Source: Octopus vulgaris
Taxonomy: Eukaryota
Assembly: GCA_951406725.2 (NCBI GenBank)
Contig: OX597822.1
Location: forward strand, 83,390,001-83,454,000
Direction: 5' to 3'
DNA length: 64,000 nt
The position numbers and the translations under genes are program-made. This document shows, piece by piece, positions 13,801-28,674 of this stretch. The first letter of the stretch is position 1. Each line of letters starts with the position of its first letter. The notes beneath the pieces are model-generated. The model was not told the origin of the DNA. It searched no databases and saw only the letters and a program-made list of their open reading frames with translations.

Positions 13801-14068
13801 CATACACTCTTTACACACCTATGTGTATATACATACGCATGTACATGTGTACGTGTGTGTGTTTAAGTATGCGCCATCTTTTCTCCTTATTTTCCTGTAT
13901 ATTTCATTTATTCTTTGTAATTTTGTAATTTTTGTAACTTAAAATTCTTGGCTTTTGTTATTTTTCTTTCAGCTCACAGACACCCTTTTATATTATTCTA
14001 TTTTCAAGCAGGATTTTTATGTCACCTACATAAGATTCTCTCTCTCTCTCGTTCTCTCTATCTCTCTC

Positions 14069-14148
<80 letters not shown>

Positions 14149-14424
14149 ACTATCTATGTGTCTGTCTGTCCATCTATCAATCGTTCGCTCGCCCGTTCCC
14201 ACTCTCTGTCTCTCCCCCTCTCTCTCTTACGTGCCAATCATTCACCGAATAGAGTTTTCTTGGCTTATATTCCTGCTGTAAAAATGTAAATCTCTAGCTA
14301 TATTTATTCTCAAAATGAAGCTTGTCTATATACATATATACATGCATATATAGATATATGTGTGTATATATAGTATACAGATACACACACATATAAATGA
14401 GTGCGTATATATATATTCTAGAGT

Positions 14425-15579
<1,155 letters not shown>

Positions 15580-16226
15580 TATATATATACATGCATACAA
15601 ACCTGAATGTATGTATATTTACATTTACACGCACACATTAGCATACCAACTGTAAGATGTATAGAGAAACAATAAGAGATATTTCTATAAAAACACAACT
15701 TAAAAATCGATGTTATTTCGTGTGATATTGGAAAACTTTATTATTTCACGTATACTTTTCTTTTGGGCGATGTTTCTGTAGACTGTGTACATTATGTCAT
15801 GCCGACCATATTCTTGGTGAATAAATCGGTTTCTTTATGACAGCTCAAAGAAACAGTATAAATCTTCGGCAAACTGGAACAAAATACTTTCTCCCCTGCA
15901 GCAGAGTTTTGAGAAATTTAATTTTTCTTTATTCCTTAGCGTTTTCGTTAAAATACGAAGCGAAGATAATTCTCATCTTTTAATATAATCAATCGGATTT
16001 AGCTTCGAAATATACAAAGAATGATGACAATACACGGTGTTCTAAGGACATATTGAATAACTGATAAATAATATATTTCGCAAAGCGCATTAAGTGCAGC
16101 AGATAAATATCAATATCGAAGCTAAAAGCTGCACACAATCAAAGATGTGTAGAGATGTATCAGTTTGTATAGCGGAAACACGCAATGATATTAAGCCGGC
16201 TTAAATAATAATAATAATAGTAACGA

Positions 16227-16287
<61 letters not shown>

Positions 16288-16489
16288 GGCGTCTTCATTA
16301 ATCAGTAAAGATCTGCAGGAGAGCACATGAGGGTACAGGAAGATTCAATACGATTCAACAGGGGTTGTATAAAAAGGTGTAAACAACAAAATAACAGAAT
16401 TAAAGAAAGAAAAGTTCCCCGAACCAGGGGTAACTTCCGATTGATGATCGTAGGTACCTCACTGAATCACTGTCATCTCTCTTTTAAAG

Positions 16490-18295
16490 TAAATGTCCCC
16501 TCCCTATCCTCCTTCCTCAATCTACAGGCACATGCTTAGTGAAGACCCATTCACTCGGACCATCCTTGCCACTTTCATTCACCTTTCAACAAATTTCTTG
16601 GAACATAGAACTTCCCTCGTATTTCTGAATGAAATTTGATGAAATCTTGGTGAACGAAGACGGTGTATGTTTTCAGTAGGTTCGCTTTGGTCCATCGCAC
16701 AACCGATTTAGCTAAGGCCATCAAAGGGATGAAAACAGCTTGTCCTTCCTACCCGAAGGAAGGCGAGGAGGGATCTTCACAATGGACTCATTATGATTGC
16801 CGGATCCGTCCTACACACCATTGCATACTCTAAATGTCAATAGTGCTCCGGCACTGGATGTGTGGGTGCAGAGGCTTTTCGTCGCTCTGCATACGTCTTG
16901 GTCAGTACTGCTGACGGCACTTCCAAGCCTGGAGAGTTTATTTGATACATTGACGCCCTTCCTTTTACTAACCCTGTAAATATATGCTACGATGGAATTT
17001 ACCTCCCGTATTGCCCGACTGGTTGTGAGTGCTTATGACAGTGTGGTTGTCAGGTACCATACTTGGTCTTCGCTTGATTCAGGGCTAAAGGTCCGTAAAC
17101 GAGATGAGCTGTGGTAAGACAAATCCGATAAACGACAGCCACCACATCTGTTTTTGTTAAAGAATTACTGAAAATGCCTTGACCTCAGTGTATGCCTGCG
17201 ATCCATTAATCACGACATGCCCAGTTCCCTTCTCAGCGGATGGTGACTATAATTGAAATAACTGATTTGTAAAATCTGTCCTTTCCACAGACAACAAAAG
17301 AGTAGGCATGAAGTAACATATGATGGTGTCGTTGTAAGTATTCGCCATCTCTACTCGACCTTTCAGGGATGCCTTTCTCTCAGCCAATTTGCGGGCGACG
17401 TAGGCTACTTTGCTCGTTACATAGTTTCTGTTTTTCTTGACGTGAGATATGAACCAAACCAAATCCCAAACAATTTAAGCGCTCCGTTCAGCACCCGACG
17501 CTGTTGGAAAGCCTTAGCCTGCCTCAGAAGGTGCCGAGTAACAAGCCCACTATTTTTTCCTGATTGAGTTTTGCTTCCGTCAATACCTCGTAATTTCTTA
17601 GAGTAGTTCATGTCACCTCGATATGCATTGTGTTTGAGAATATGATGGTGATGTCATCCACGTACGCCAACACGCTTCTTTGTGCGAAATGCATTCCAAT
17701 GTCTCTAATTTCTGTTGTAGAGGCTCAAGTGTAAGTAAATACAGAAAAGATGAAAGGGGACAAACTTGACCGACCTAGTACACTTTACGAAATGATTTTG
17801 TTGAGGGACAGTCACCCTAACGACCGAGCACATATTGCTGTATATTGCAGCAATCCAACAGCAGAATATAGGACAGAACCCGGCCGTCATGAGAACAGCC
17901 GCCATGTATTGAAAGCTGTTAATTGATCTAAATGCCATCTTCCATAGCCCCCACTCTCTCTCTCTGTATGAAATATTCACATAAGGTGACGGCGTATATT
18001 TGTTTATCATTTATGATATCATTAGCAACGAGCGCCAACCCCTTGGCTAACAACTTGCGTGGCATGTCGACATCTGAGCTCAATAAAATAATGGAGGAAA
18101 AATTATGAACGTGATTCTCATTGTTTCGGTTCTTTCTCAGTAAAATCGCAATTTCGCGACTCACAAAGTCAACCCGTTCTGCTGCTAGTTGAGGTAAATA
18201 TCTGCCAAGCGGTCTTCAAGCACCTTCTGATATACAAAATTAAAGCTCGGGGGAGAGACTATTCAAACCAGGTAATTTGTTCACCTGCAGCCAAA
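16490..18295 (-). mobile_element. Decayed L1/Tx1-clade ORF2 (RT plus C-terminus)
   Basis: Degenerate motifs PGLNSLP, NFSSIILLSSD...KLLAKGLA, GFCPIFCCWIAAIYS and SVLAYVDDITII, with many frameshifts. Confidence 0.8.
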
Positions 18296-18316
18296 CATAT
18301 TATTATTGTTATTATT

Positions 18317-18848
18317 GAGTAAGAGAGCAGTGCATGCCATCGACGTAACATTAGGGTACAAATATAAGAACCCCAATGCACTCATCATGACTACCCGTCT
18401 GATAAGGGTACACTAGGCACAAGCATCACAACAGTATGTGCTCGACATGGTGATGTCATATCAAGATAAACAGCGCATGACCTTGCAGGTGAGACCGTTA
18501 GAATTTTCTTCTGGTTGAGTAGCCTAGTCAGCTCAAAAGACCCCTGATTAAGGATTCTATAAGGATGTTTCAAAAGGTGCATAATTCAAACCCCAAAGAA
18601 TTCCTCTCAACACATACCTATGATGATCCCCCACTACTTCTGCTCGTGATCAGAGATGCACATATCGTCAGCCGCTAAGGGACATGGTCAGCTGGTTAAG
18701 GTCAAGCAACTGACAAGCAAATCTGCAGTATTGAGCAGAATATTTGTTGTAGCCCATCTTTTATTATACAAAGACAAAACCTGATGACACTTCTAATCAG
18801 TTAAAATCAAAAGCCATGACAGCCAGTAACTGGTATTGCAACAGGGCA
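18317..18848 (-). mobile_element. About 530-bp non-coding retroelement flanked by (AAT)n-like tracts
   Basis: The 3' half is the reverse complement of 23624-23853. The 5' head matches the 41-bp tandem units at 44989-45086. AAT-rich tail. Confidence 0.75.
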
Positions 18849-19077
18849 TTTACTATTATTATTGTTGTTGTTGTTGTTTTTGTTTTGTTCTTGTTGGTGT
18901 TGTGGTTATTATCATTATTATTATTTATGATTATTATTGTTATCATAAAAACAGGAAAATTCAGAGCATGCTTGTATACAGAAAAATAAAGTTAAAATAT
19001 GCGAATAAGGAAAGGAAACTAGTCGAAGCGAGCAAAAATAAAACAAAGAAGGATAATAGATATGAACAGATACTAAC

Positions 19078-19241
19078 CAATGTGGTCGCTTCTGGTTTAT
19101 CGACGAACATTTTACTGTAAATATCCCAAACCTCCGGTATATAGCATCCTGTATAATTTGTCCATCCATTTGTATTTGAAGTCTCATTTTGATATTTGCC
19201 CAACCAATAGCCGTCAAGTCCACAACGACGTTCACTCAAAC
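19078..19241 (-). CDS. Internal coding exon of a class B1 GPCR (PDF receptor-like), distal hormone-binding extracellular domain
   Basis: Pyrimidine-rich acceptor ...TTATTTAAAG and donor GTTAGT. 164 nt, phase 1 to 0, encoding (R)LSERRCGLDGYWLGKYQNETSNTNGWTNYTGCYIPEVWDIYSKMFVDKPEATTL. The C-x3-G-x-W and W-T-N-Y-x2-C motifs fit the HRM domain. Confidence 0.92.
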
Positions 19242-19454
19242 CTTTAAATAATAAAAATGAAAATATTAAGAATAACAAGAGGAATAAAAGGAATATTCTA
19301 CATTGGTACAAGATCAGGCACTTTTAAAATTAGATGTCACCGATACCTATTTCATTAACCTAAGAATGGGAGAAATGTAGATGAGAATTGAACTCTGAAC
19401 GTACAGACACGTATTACACAACATGTTTGTCGCTGCAGTTGCTGTTACTGTTGC

Positions 19455-19825
19455 TGTTGAGCGAACGGTCTTCGTCCCAGAGCACGCAAGATGAGAGAAG
19501 TCCAAAACGTGGTCCTTTGCTATTCGTAAGACCCGCAGAAGAGAAAGCAGCTCAACCCACGATACCGAGTGCATCGACGGATGGATGAATGCGCATCCAG
19601 GCTCAGCGGTTGCGTAGGAAGTCGGGGACAAGAAACAGGAAGAAAGAGTGAGAGAAAGTTGGAGCGAAAGAGTACAACAGGGTCGCCACCACCCCCTGCC
19701 GGAGCCTCGTGGAGCTTTAGGTGTTTTCGCTCAATAAACACACACAACGCCTGGTCTGAGAATCGAAACCTCGATCCTCCGACTGCAAGTCTGTTGCCCT
19801 AATCATTGGGCCATTGCGCCCCCTG
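19455..19825 (-). mobile_element. tRNA-derived SINE family C (tail variant 1)
   Basis: Head GGCGCAATGGCCCAATGATTAGGGC...GGTTTCGATTC. Body shared with 31888-32213. Confidence 0.8.
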
Positions 19826-20849
19826 TCGCTGCAGTTGATTCTCTCGGCTGTCAATGCAATGAAGTCATTGCATGTGATGTTTGAATGATGGTGTTTGTGG
19901 TCTATTAGTTCTTTTGTGTCTGTATTTATCGCTATGGAGTTAATAATTTTATTTCGTGGCAGTGTGTGATCTGAAAGTTGTTTACGTAACTGAGGTTGCG
20001 CTTGTGCCTGTAACGTTTGTATCTGGGACAGTAGAGGAGGTTGCAATGGTGATGGGTGTCTTTAATAGTGTGGGGTAGTTCCTGTTGTGAGATGGTGCTG
20101 ATGCATTGTTTCTTCTTATATGCTAGTACATGGCATATTAGTATTCTATTAGTATTACATTATTGTCATTTAGTTCCCTCACTGTCACTTTCACCATACA
20201 ATATACCTTATTGGTTCTACGCGGAGAGGGGCATGTTTTCTAGCATAGTTGTTCTTGCTTTTGACGATGATGTGCTCTTGAAGGCGTCCTTTGTATTTTT
20301 GTGCTGTTTCCATAAGTGCTGCTTATAGTGTTGTACCTGGAGCTGCAATCAAATTTGCTGTGTTGTTGAACATCTGGTGTTGACAGAAGTGGTGGTCTTC
20401 TTTCAATTGTCAATTCCTTTTGTTGTTGTTATTGGTGTCAGAAAGCGTTGAGGCAGTTGGTGTTTCTACAGTCGTAGCATCGGGGCCTTCTATCCTCCAC
20501 CATAACCTGCCATTGATTCCCTTTTGAAATCTATATTAGGTTTGGGGATTTTTTTCCAGTGTTTTTAGTTTCATCTGAATCAAAATCTTCAGCCCAACTT
20601 TCTTTTCAGAATTTAATAGAGTCTCGAACTCACAAGAGTAAACATGAGAGACAGAGACAGGGAGAAACAAGGAAAATGCTCCTTGTATTTTAATACTATG
20701 CAAATATTCTTTAAAAAGCTTTTCATTTAACTTTTCCAAAATTCAATTCTTTTCTATATTTAGAGTTGAAAAAGTCTCTATGACCGAAATCGGTACTGAA
20801 ATGTTTTTCTATAAATTATTTTTAGCATTTTCTACCTTGATTTTTTTCC

Positions 20850-20880
<31 letters not shown>

Positions 20881-20914
20881 ATCGTGTGTTCCTTTTCAGC
20901 CTTCTATACACACA

Positions 20915-20989
<75 letters not shown>

Positions 20990-20994
20990 ACACA

Positions 20995-21038
<44 letters not shown>

Positions 21039-22181
21039 AATGAGAAGAACGTTTCAAGCGAAGTCCTTGACGGTATTATTTCTACATCGATTTACTGACA
21101 CTCCCTTATCACTCACGCCAATGGCATTGCATCAAACATGCGCAACACGAGAAAGCCAACCCGTTTCAAACTCGTAACCAACGAAGTTATTGTTCTGATA
21201 TCAAAAAAGTAAACGAAAGAAACAGAATAAAGCCCAACCTACGTATTTCTCTTTTGTAATCATTCATTTTTTTTTCATTCTGTGTTGCGTCATAAATAAA
21301 GTGTAATTTACAGCTTATTTTCGCTACCTTCATGAGAGTAAATTGTATCAAAAGAAGATAATATACGAAGAAAAGAACCCGAACTTTCTTCGCTGTGAAG
21401 GTACCCCATTACTTGCGGTTATTTCAGTTCACATATTGTGTTCACCTAAATAACTTATCTATCATCTTATGTCAAAGGTAATGGCAGTGGGCATTTCCTT
21501 TCTTCCCTTTTACATCTCTATCTCATTTTCAAACCTGCCTTATTCATTCTCATTCATTCATTCATTCGTTCGTTCGATATTTCTGTCTTTCACTATTATT
21601 TTCCTTCTTTCAGTTATATCAAGTCTCATTCTTTCACTTTCACTTTCACTTACTATTTCCTTCTTGCCTAATAGCTTTCCGTTATTCTTTCTTTCATTCT
21701 TTCTCTTTCTCCCATCCTGTCCTTCCTTCTCGCATTCCTAATTTTATTTCATTCTCTCTTTCTGTCATTTGCTCTCACATTACTATTTTTCTTCTTTCAT
21801 GACCTTCTCTCCTTCCCCTCTCTCTTTTCTGTCCCTGTCGCCTCCCTCCCCTCCCCATGTACAAGCGACTCCATTAAACTTCATTTTCCATTGTTCATTC
21901 CAACCGGAAGATAATTATTTTATCTTTATTTCTGATCCTCTACATCTTCCTTTCTGCATCAATAATACCCACTCAACACGGCGGTTCTTTTTTTCCATCC
22001 TGTCACCGCTTTCCATCATCACCTCATACTCCCATTCGAAGTACTACACCCACACTTTCAACCACCTATCTCATGTACTTCAGATATTTTCCCAAGCTTT
22101 AACACTCGTTTAAGTGATATCACATATAAACATCCATATTACACATGTACACACATATACGTGAATATATGCATGTATACG

Positions 22182-22246
<65 letters not shown>

Positions 22247-23462
22247 ACACACATATATATATCACGCATGTAACTATATATGTATATGCTTGTATATACG
22301 TGCGCACATTAACATACAAATACACACGGCCAAACATTCACGAACGCATAAATCTACGTGTGTGCGTGTGGGTGTGTATGTGTGTGTATGCTTTCAATTG
22401 AAGAGAAAATCGCAGAAGAAATTATGCAGAATTTATATTTACAAATGGTCAGTTGATGATTGATACGGTTCCTACTAGGCGTTTGTGTATAATCGATTAG
22501 ATATCTGAAATAACGAAAACTTAGCCTCAATGGGTATGAAAAATGATTCTTTATTTTTTGTCACTCCAAACTTGTTTGAGAACAAACGAGACAGTTTACT
22601 TTATAAAAATTGTTACAGGTTTCTAATGTGAGCCACTATAAAGCGCTGTTTGTCGGAGAAGCAGTACTAAGATATACATGATACAATTTATCATTCAGTA
22701 ATTTTCGATCGCAAGCAGTGTGTACTCAAGTATTTCATCTGACATTATTTTCCGACCGACGGTTGTTGGTGACTGTAATTAGAAATCACATGGGATAGGT
22801 TACTGGGGGATACTGCAAGTTGTTTGAGGACAAAAAACAATTTACTCTGGCATTCGATTGTGGTGTTATAATAGTGATGAATACTATGTAATCATTGTTA
22901 TATCATGAGCATAACTAATGGGTCAGAGAAAGAGAAAGAGGGAGAGAGAGAGGGGGGTAGTGGTAGCCGCCTGACATCATAATGGGAAATGTGTAATGGG
23001 GTGGAATTTGCTGACCTCGTAGAAAACGAATGAGAAGATTGTCTATGAATATCTATTTGTAAGGACGTACACGTTTCATTTTACAATCGAAAACTTTTTA
23101 TATACACAAAATCAGCCCCAGAAACTCTCGTGCAGTTGTTAAAACCGAACCACAGAGCCGAAGAGGGAATCCTGCCTTACCTCCCCAGATAGTACTGAAA
23201 TGAAATACTCGAAAATAACAACCAACGACTCGAGGGAAAGTTATTACTAACACTTCATCTTTTACGGAGAAGATAAATTCTACCTCCCTGTACAAAAATC
23301 AGCATTACTTTGAACTGGAAGAGTTCTTCGCGGGGTTCTGGAAGTATGACCTGTTAATAGGCCACTTTAGTTTGCTGGATGTGGACAGCAGACATTTTCC
23401 ATCATACCCAGAAAAATAGGCTGAGAGTTTTCTTCAAATAATAATAATAATAATAATGATGT

Positions 23463-23508
<46 letters not shown>

Positions 23509-23523
23509 GATGATGATGATGAT

Positions 23524-23853
<330 letters not shown>

Positions 23854-23921
<68 letters not shown>

Positions 23922-23959
23922 TAATAATAATAATAATGATAATAATAATAATAATAATG

Positions 23960-24024
<65 letters not shown>
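23854..24024. repeat. (AAT)n microsatellite
   Basis: Directly visible. Confidence 0.98.
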
Positions 24025-24025
<1 letters not shown>

Positions 24026-24480
24026 GGAGCCAGAAGCCCCTGCATGGACAATATATTCTCCGAAGCCAAAATGCTGATGTAGACCAAGCAACAACCCATC
24101 AGTGTCTGAAGAGTTCAGGATTGAAAGCAGAGACTGAAGGCTTCATACTCGCAGCACAAGATCAAAGCTTGTTTACCAGAAATTACCAGGCTAGTGTTCT
24201 CCGAAACGGTGCTGACTCTAAATGCAGATTCTGCGACACATTTGACGAAACAATAGACCATCTCGTTTCGGGATGTCCTGTGCTGACACCAAACGAATAC
24301 AAAAATCGCCACGATAGGGTAGGACACTATATACATTGGAAGATATGTAAACACTACAAATTCGGCACTCCTGCTAACTGGTATGAACATCATCCTCAGC
24401 CAGTTGTTGAAGGTAAAAATGTCACCATCCTCTGGGATTTTCCAGTCAACACTGACAGAACGATCAAGGCTAATCGACCA

Positions 24481-24484
<4 letters not shown>
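24025..24484 (+). mobile_element. R4/Dong-clade LINE fragment (CCHC knuckle to start of restriction-like endonuclease)
   Basis: KPLHGQY...ETEGFILAAQDQ...CRFC...ETIDHLVSGC...RHDRV...ILWDFPV...NRPDI, directly after (AAT)n. Confidence 0.92.
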
Positions 24485-24545
<61 letters not shown>

Positions 24546-24680
24546 ATATTAGGGAATAAATCCAAATTTACAGGGAAAAATCAGATTTAGGATTAAATCC
24601 AATTTTATAGTAAAATATTATATAATATTAATTAGAGACAAAACCTTGTTTGTTTTGCAAAATAGTGGTTTTGTCTCTAA

Positions 24681-24738
<58 letters not shown>

Positions 24739-24739
<1 letters not shown>

Positions 24740-25238
24740 ATGATAAATATCAATGTGAGTTATATACAGTAGCGGTAACACAACGTGAGGAGGACACACT
24801 CCTCCAGCTGGCCTCCTGGGGCTAAAAACTACAGTAGCATCCACCCTTAGGGGTTAGCCATATTGAAATGGCAAAAATACGTCACGTTGTGTTACCGCTA
24901 CTGTATATAACTCACATTGATATTTATCATTGTTGGATTTCACTTTTTCAATATCAGCGACAGTGGACGCTGGAAAAAGTACAAGTATTTGTGAAGGAAA
25001 TCTAATTCTCGGCGACAACTATGATTGTCACACGCTGACGAGAGGTCAATACCTCGAAACTCGAGTCCGTGTGTATCATAAGTTGAAGACGGGAAGGATG
25101 ACTTCCCTTTGCAAATACTGACAGGACACAGAAAGTATGTCTATGGCCAGCTGGAGGAGTGTGTCCTCCTGGGGCTAAAAACTACAGTAGCATCCACCCT
25201 TAGGGGTTAGCCATATTGAAATGGCAAAAATACGTCAC

Positions 25239-25240
<2 letters not shown>
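24739..25240 (+). mobile_element. Hammerhead-bearing small element: 353-nt unit plus 76-nt terminal redundancy and inverted 5' segments, within (TA)n
   Basis: Direct repeat 24812-24887 = 25165-25240. 24739-24788 is the reverse complement of 24882-24931. 24788-24813 is the reverse complement of 25145-25170. Confidence 0.85.
25029..25073 (+). ncRNA. Minimal type I hammerhead ribozyme
   Basis: cacacg-CTGACGA-gaggt(caat)acctc-GAAA-C(TCGA)G-TC-cgtgtg. All core nucleotides and three stems are present. Predicted cleavage after C25067. Confidence 0.85.
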
Positions 25241-25291
<51 letters not shown>

Positions 25292-25864
25292 CATACAAAC
25301 CTACCTACATACATGCATACGTACGTATTTAAGTGTGTGTGTATGTATGTATATATTCATAAGCACACTCATGTACACATCCACACACAGAAATATCATT
25401 TATTCAACCTGTAAATATAATTAAAACAAGGACCTCATTCTCCCTATGATTCTAAGTATTTCGAGAGGTTTTACTTGCACAAATCCAGAAATGCTTTCAC
25501 AATGATGCTAAACTTCTCTAACTTCAACACTGTCCATTACAATGGTTCACTAAATTAATTATCTCTGAGGAACTTCATTTCTCTTTCTATAATGAAGCCT
25601 GACATGAACCTGTTGGGGCTCAGTGGTTTCAGGGGATTTCGATTAGACCCTTTAACGAATGATGATACACTCATGATCGCATGATAGCATTTCCGATTCT
25701 CGGAGCCGGTGGTGCGATTGTTTCTTGAGCAAAATACTACAAAAAATATATAGGGGACAACCGGTCCTCTGTATCTGTCTTGGAATTCACATCTCTTGCA
25801 AATTGACTGTACCTTTTTTCCTTCCATGCTTTTTCTTTTTTTTTTCATTTTTCTTCCAATACAC

Positions 25865-25921
<57 letters not shown>

Positions 25922-26282
25922 GTGTTTGGGTGTGTGTGTGTGTATGTGTATGTACTACATGTATGGATATGATTGAGTGTCAGTTACTAAATTCCAGCTG
26001 TCAACCATATATCATTAAGTAAATTGCTTTACACTTGTAATAGTTTGTTTACCATTTACATGAGAAGATCTATTTCTTCCGCATTTGCTTGTTGAGAGGT
26101 GGAGGAAGCGATCTCTGATGCTTATCCAGAAATACAAGGCATGGAAGATTTGTACTCTTAGCTGCTGATATATTTCCGTAGCAAGACAAAATTACATATT
26201 CGTTAAACAAAAGTATATTATTTCTAGATACTCATATGCAATTAAGCCCTCCTGATGAAGCTTATATATATACATACATACA

Positions 26283-26314
<32 letters not shown>

Positions 26315-26389
26315 CATACATATACATATATACACACACACACTTATATACATATATATATGTATGTATGTATGTATATATGTATTATA

Positions 26390-27045
26390 GTGGGGTAGGC
26401 CGATTTATGGAGTTATTCTGGGTTTCTCGCTCATAAGGGGTTTAGCCTTACGGAGTATCTTCAGAGCCCAAACACTGCTGACCTGAGACCTCTTTAAAAT
26501 ATGGAGGGGGGGGGAAGCCTCGTTTCTAAGGGTAAAACACTAGGTGATTATCTTCCTTTGCAATTGTTCATCGATCTTCGGCTGCGTTGTCATCCTGCGG
26601 TCACTAAAGCACCACGAAGGTAAATGATTGTACTCCTTCAGCCTAGGCTATTGGTTTCCGGTTGTGGTGCCCCCATGCAGATTGCAAAAGGCCAGCAGGA
26701 ATTTTCTAAAATGCAGATATGGTCCCCAAATCTCTGTCCTGGAGCTCCGGATTCCCCCTGGCACAGGCGAGTCTTTAATGATCCTCGTGCGCTCAGGAGG
26801 GCACTGGGAACTCTCTCAAACAGCGTATTTCCAATAATCTGCCTCCTTCAGAGTCCTGGAAAGGGGATACGTGACATTACTAGACAGCGATATCTGGCAA
26901 TTACGAGATAAGGAGATTCCATACTCGATCGCATGCAAAATACTCGATAACCCAGGCCTCTACATAAAGGGGACGAAACGGTGCATGTTATGTATTGCCG
27001 ACCTCACGAGGATCCTTAAAGACTCGATCGTGCCAGAGGGCACCC
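26390..27045 (+). mobile_element. Penelope-like element relic (C-terminal endonuclease region)
   Basis: TLLDSDIWQLRDKEIPYSIACKILDNPGLYIKGTKRCMLCIAD resembles the IWxLK...YxIxWxI...KxCxLC motif of PLE C-termini. Bounded by microsatellites. Confidence 0.6.
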
Positions 27046-28443
27046 TAGATAGATAGATAGATAGATTGATAGATAGATATATAGATAGATGTATATATGT
27101 AGATAAATATCTTCCTCTTAGTTTGGCTTGGCTGACGAATATTATGAAGACTGTTGTCCTCGTCGTCTGCACGCTCGTTCGTGGCTGATAAGGCAGATCT
27201 TGGATCAGCATATCCGACTGCAATGATGACAGAAGTATAGTTGCGCAAGGTCTGATGATGGAGCTGCATTACTTTTTCGCCTCTGTCAATTGTCTTCAAG
27301 AGACGCTTTGCGAGAGATCTCAAAGGAGGAAACAACATCGCTGATGTTGCGTCACCAAGCAACACGGTCAGCTGTTAGAGTGAACCACACACGATAACCA
27401 ATTTCACAAACGCTAAGATCTGCTTAAAGTCTTTTCCATGTAGAAGTATTAAGAATGCAAGATTTTTCATTGTTTTTTGATGTTTATAGTTTACAACGTT
27501 TTTGAAGAACATATCGTTTTCTAGCATAGATAATACCAAGACTCTTAGCAATACCTCCTGTTTAGCATATACCACCCGAAACACGTCAAAATAAGTGTCC
27601 CCTTTAATTTAACAAAAAGGATTTGTACAATATTGCCTGATAGAAATACTTGGGACATTCGTCTTCAACACCTCAGAACAACACTAGCTGAAAGATAATA
27701 TCCACCCTCACTTATAGACGATGGAATTAAACGTTCTAGAAATGAGACATTAAAACACTAAGGGTAACAAACCGTAACGCCATACCTCATCTCAAAACAC
27801 TACTGTATATATCAATTCACAACCCGAGAAACAATGAGGCATACAACACTATAGTACAAAATCTACCTATGCTCTCTAGAGATCCAAAAATGAATAACAT
27901 TCTCAAAGTTCACCAAATGCAAAAAGCAACCTAAATAGCTAAAAAGACATCAAACAAATGCAAAGCTTTACACAACAACTACAAAGCCAACGATTAAAAT
28001 ATGTGGACGGCCAAACTGTGGAAACACTAACCCTAACCCCAACGATAGTTTTGTACGCAAAAATAAATATTGAAAAAAAAGAAAACGCATTTGCACATAT
28101 TTGGACCTACAACAGTTTAAAACAATAGCGACGATATAAATATATATGTATAAGTGTACACATGGTTGTGGATGTATATCTATGCTCACACATACACACA
28201 CGTGTACATAAATACACACATACATACAAATGTGTGTGTAAGCATTTATTCATCTCACCGTTTCTACTTTTCTGGATCAACGAAAGCGTTTGCACACGAC
28301 AGGAAAACCTCTTTCCGAAGGTTTTGTGCCATTCTGCTTTGCAAAATTGTTCTTTTTTTGTCGCCATTAACTTCTAAGGAAATCCTTCATTCTCTCTCCC
28401 TCCTTCTCTCTCTCTCTCTCTCTCTCTCTGTATATATATATAT

Positions 28444-28491
<48 letters not shown>

Positions 28492-28621
28492 GGAGTTTAA
28501 CGCAGGTATAAATCAAATACTTGTACTTTCGACACGGGTTTCGAAGATTTCACTGATATTATTCAAAAGAATAAATGGTATAAACCAATGCAATATATAC
28601 ATGCATATAAACACACACACA

Positions 28622-28674
<53 letters not shown>

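Noticed and set aside
26410-26470. Minus-strand CTGAAGA...GAAAC
   Set aside because: Stem I and stem III do not pair.
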